From NCBI RefSeq assembly GCF_018350175.1, contig NC_058368.1, forward strand, positions 63,428,001 to 63,492,000: a DNA stretch of 64,000 nt, written 5' to 3'. Made by a program: the position numbers and the translations under genes. The notes below the pieces were generated by a model. That model had not been told where the DNA came from. It was given only the letters and a program-made list of their open reading frames with translations, and did no database searches. This stretch comes from Felis catus (taxonomy: Eukaryota). Numbering within the stretch: the first letter of the stretch is position 1; every line of letters begins with the position of its first letter. Below, piece by piece: positions 62,241-64,000 of the stretch.

Positions 62241-63424
62241 AAATATTGGCTTGAAGCATGAAGAATGGGTTTTTTTAAATACAAGCTTTGTTAAATGATA
62301 CATTCATTTAATTTAAAATTAGGCAGCATACATTTTGAAATCTACCAATAGAAAAACATCTGCCAAGAATGAATTTCAGGAGGGAATAAATTTCATAATT
62401 TACCATCTAGACTGCTGCCAAACTTTAGTGACGGAGGCTCTACACCAAGAAGCAGCAGATTTAAGGTGCTTTTTTTCTTCCCCTTCACGTTCCAGTTTGC
62501 TAACTGGATACAAGCCAAGACCTTTAGATGACTCAATTTTTCACTCTATAAGATAAAGACAATACTTGCCATCTCCCAAGTAGAGGTTATGAGGATTAAT
62601 CTGTCCATAAAGCATTTGAAGGTCCTTGCAATAAAGATTAAAACCATATATAAAATTTGTTGTATTTTATAGGTGTGAGTTTGCAAGACCAGTTACCTTG
62701 AAACTGTTTATTCCATAAGAATTAGGCCTGTAGTTTAAGATTCTATGACACCAAATGTGTGGTTCAATCTTAGTTAGAGATTCATGGTCCTGAATAAGTA
62801 GGCTTCCCATTGACACGGTTAATTAAGAGAGATGATAGCAATTTTCCACTTACCATTTGTGCATGCATTTATCCTTCCTGAAATATGAATGAAATTATAA
62901 ACATGGAAGCCAGTTACTACTCACTCCTAGACACCATCCTAGAAGTAGGTTGGGTAGTATAGGTGGTTTAAAATATAGAAATCTGAATGTTACATGAAAG
63001 GTAGGCATAAATATTTACCTCAAAAAATGGTCCTCACCTAGCCAAGGATGCTTTTTTTCTTAACTAAAAATCATGTTATTAACATTACAGTTCACCAATT
63101 AAATACTGGTTAACATTAATATTTGCATATTATATTAGTGTGAGGAAGAAAATAGCTCTTAACAATTCACTTCTGCCTCTTCCCTAAATTTGCTGTGATT
63201 CCATTCAGCATATTGTAAAGGTATTTTTACTTTCAAGACATAAGACGCTGAAAAATCGCCCCATGCCTGAAGTCACTGCAGCTTCAGGATTGGGAGGTGT
63301 CAGTTTAGCTTTTAAAGACACTGAGGTATCATGGTCTTTTCCATTCTGCTTACACTTTCACAACATCTCTGAATACATTTAACAAGCTTACTTTCCCTCC
63401 CATAATACTTTCCCTATTTGTCTT

Positions 63425-63575
63425 CTCATTCATTTATTCTTTCACTCAACAGACATTTATTAAATGCCTACCTACATGTGCAGAAGCTTTGCTAAGACAA
63501 AACATCTTCCCTGCCTTCAAAGAAATTCATAATCTAGTAGGTAAGACAGAGAAAGAAATATGATTAGAATTCAGA
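63425..63575 (-). mobile_element. L2 3' end
   Basis: TTCACTCAACAGACATTTATTAAATGCCTAC...CCCTGCCTTCAAAGAAATTCATAATCTAGT. Confidence 0.65.
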
Positions 63576-63624
63576 ATTTTTTTTTAAATCAAGAGTTCAG
63601 AAGAAAAATGCATTTTTGTGGCAT

Positions 63625-64000
63625 CCATGTGTAAATGCTCATGCCACACCTGTACTTAAAACCTCTCCATGGCTTCTGTGGGTTTGAAATAAACTTAAAC
63701 TTGGTACGCAGGACCATCATGAGCACCCTTTGCTCAGCACTGCCAGCTCAGCCCTTTCCTGCAGCCACACTGATTTCTCACAGCTCCAGCAATACCATCT
63801 GGCTGTCTCTTCTGGGGCCTGCGCTGTGCCCTCTGCTTGGTGTGCCTGACTGTAGTTCCTCTCTGTCTAGATAATTCTTATTCTTCAGGTCTCAACTTAG
63901 GAATCTCCTTAAAAAGCCATCTCTGACTCCTTCAGTTTTGGTTAGATACCTCTCCTCTTTGCTCCCATGGATTTCTATGCCTATCTTATAGCATTTTTAT
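63625..64000 (+). mobile_element. L2 fragment
   Basis: CTTAAAACCTCTCCATGGCTTC...ATTCTTCAGGTCTCAACTTAG. Confidence 0.55.

Noticed and set aside
1..64000. Novel defence system, ERV internal genes, numt or processed pseudogene
   Set aside because: I saw no gag/pol/env, mitochondrial or recognisable mRNA-derived sequence. A BLASTX of the repeat-masked window would be the decisive check.

Overview
This is mammalian, gene-poor, AT-rich nuclear DNA from a carnivore, most likely a felid. The attribution rests on 19 tRNA-derived Can-SINEs (two are young, CpG-rich and cat-type) and a cat-type L1 3' UTR. I found no recognisable protein-coding exon, structural RNA gene, CpG island or prokaryotic feature. 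The listed six-frame ORFs are chance ORFs, many inside SINEs, L1 fragments or microsatellites. The window reads as a large intron or intergenic region. It is layered with Can-SINEs, L1 fragments of several ages, L2/MIR relics, MaLR/ERVL solo LTRs and hAT/Tc-mariner MITEs, between stretches of unique sequence. Repeat subfamily names come from remembered consensus sequences, not from a search, and the boundaries of old elements are approximate. I cannot support a claim of a new biological system here. The best second-look items are: a motif-dense candidate enhancer or non-coding exon at about 52.9-53.1 kb between inverted SINEs; a sharp change in SINE strand bias near 48 kb; an ORF1-derived templated insertion inside an L1 ORF2; a collapsed old L1 that keeps a ~100-bp monomer array; multi-layer nested insertions with readable TSDs; and a repeat-poor unique tract at about 25.5-31.4 kb.
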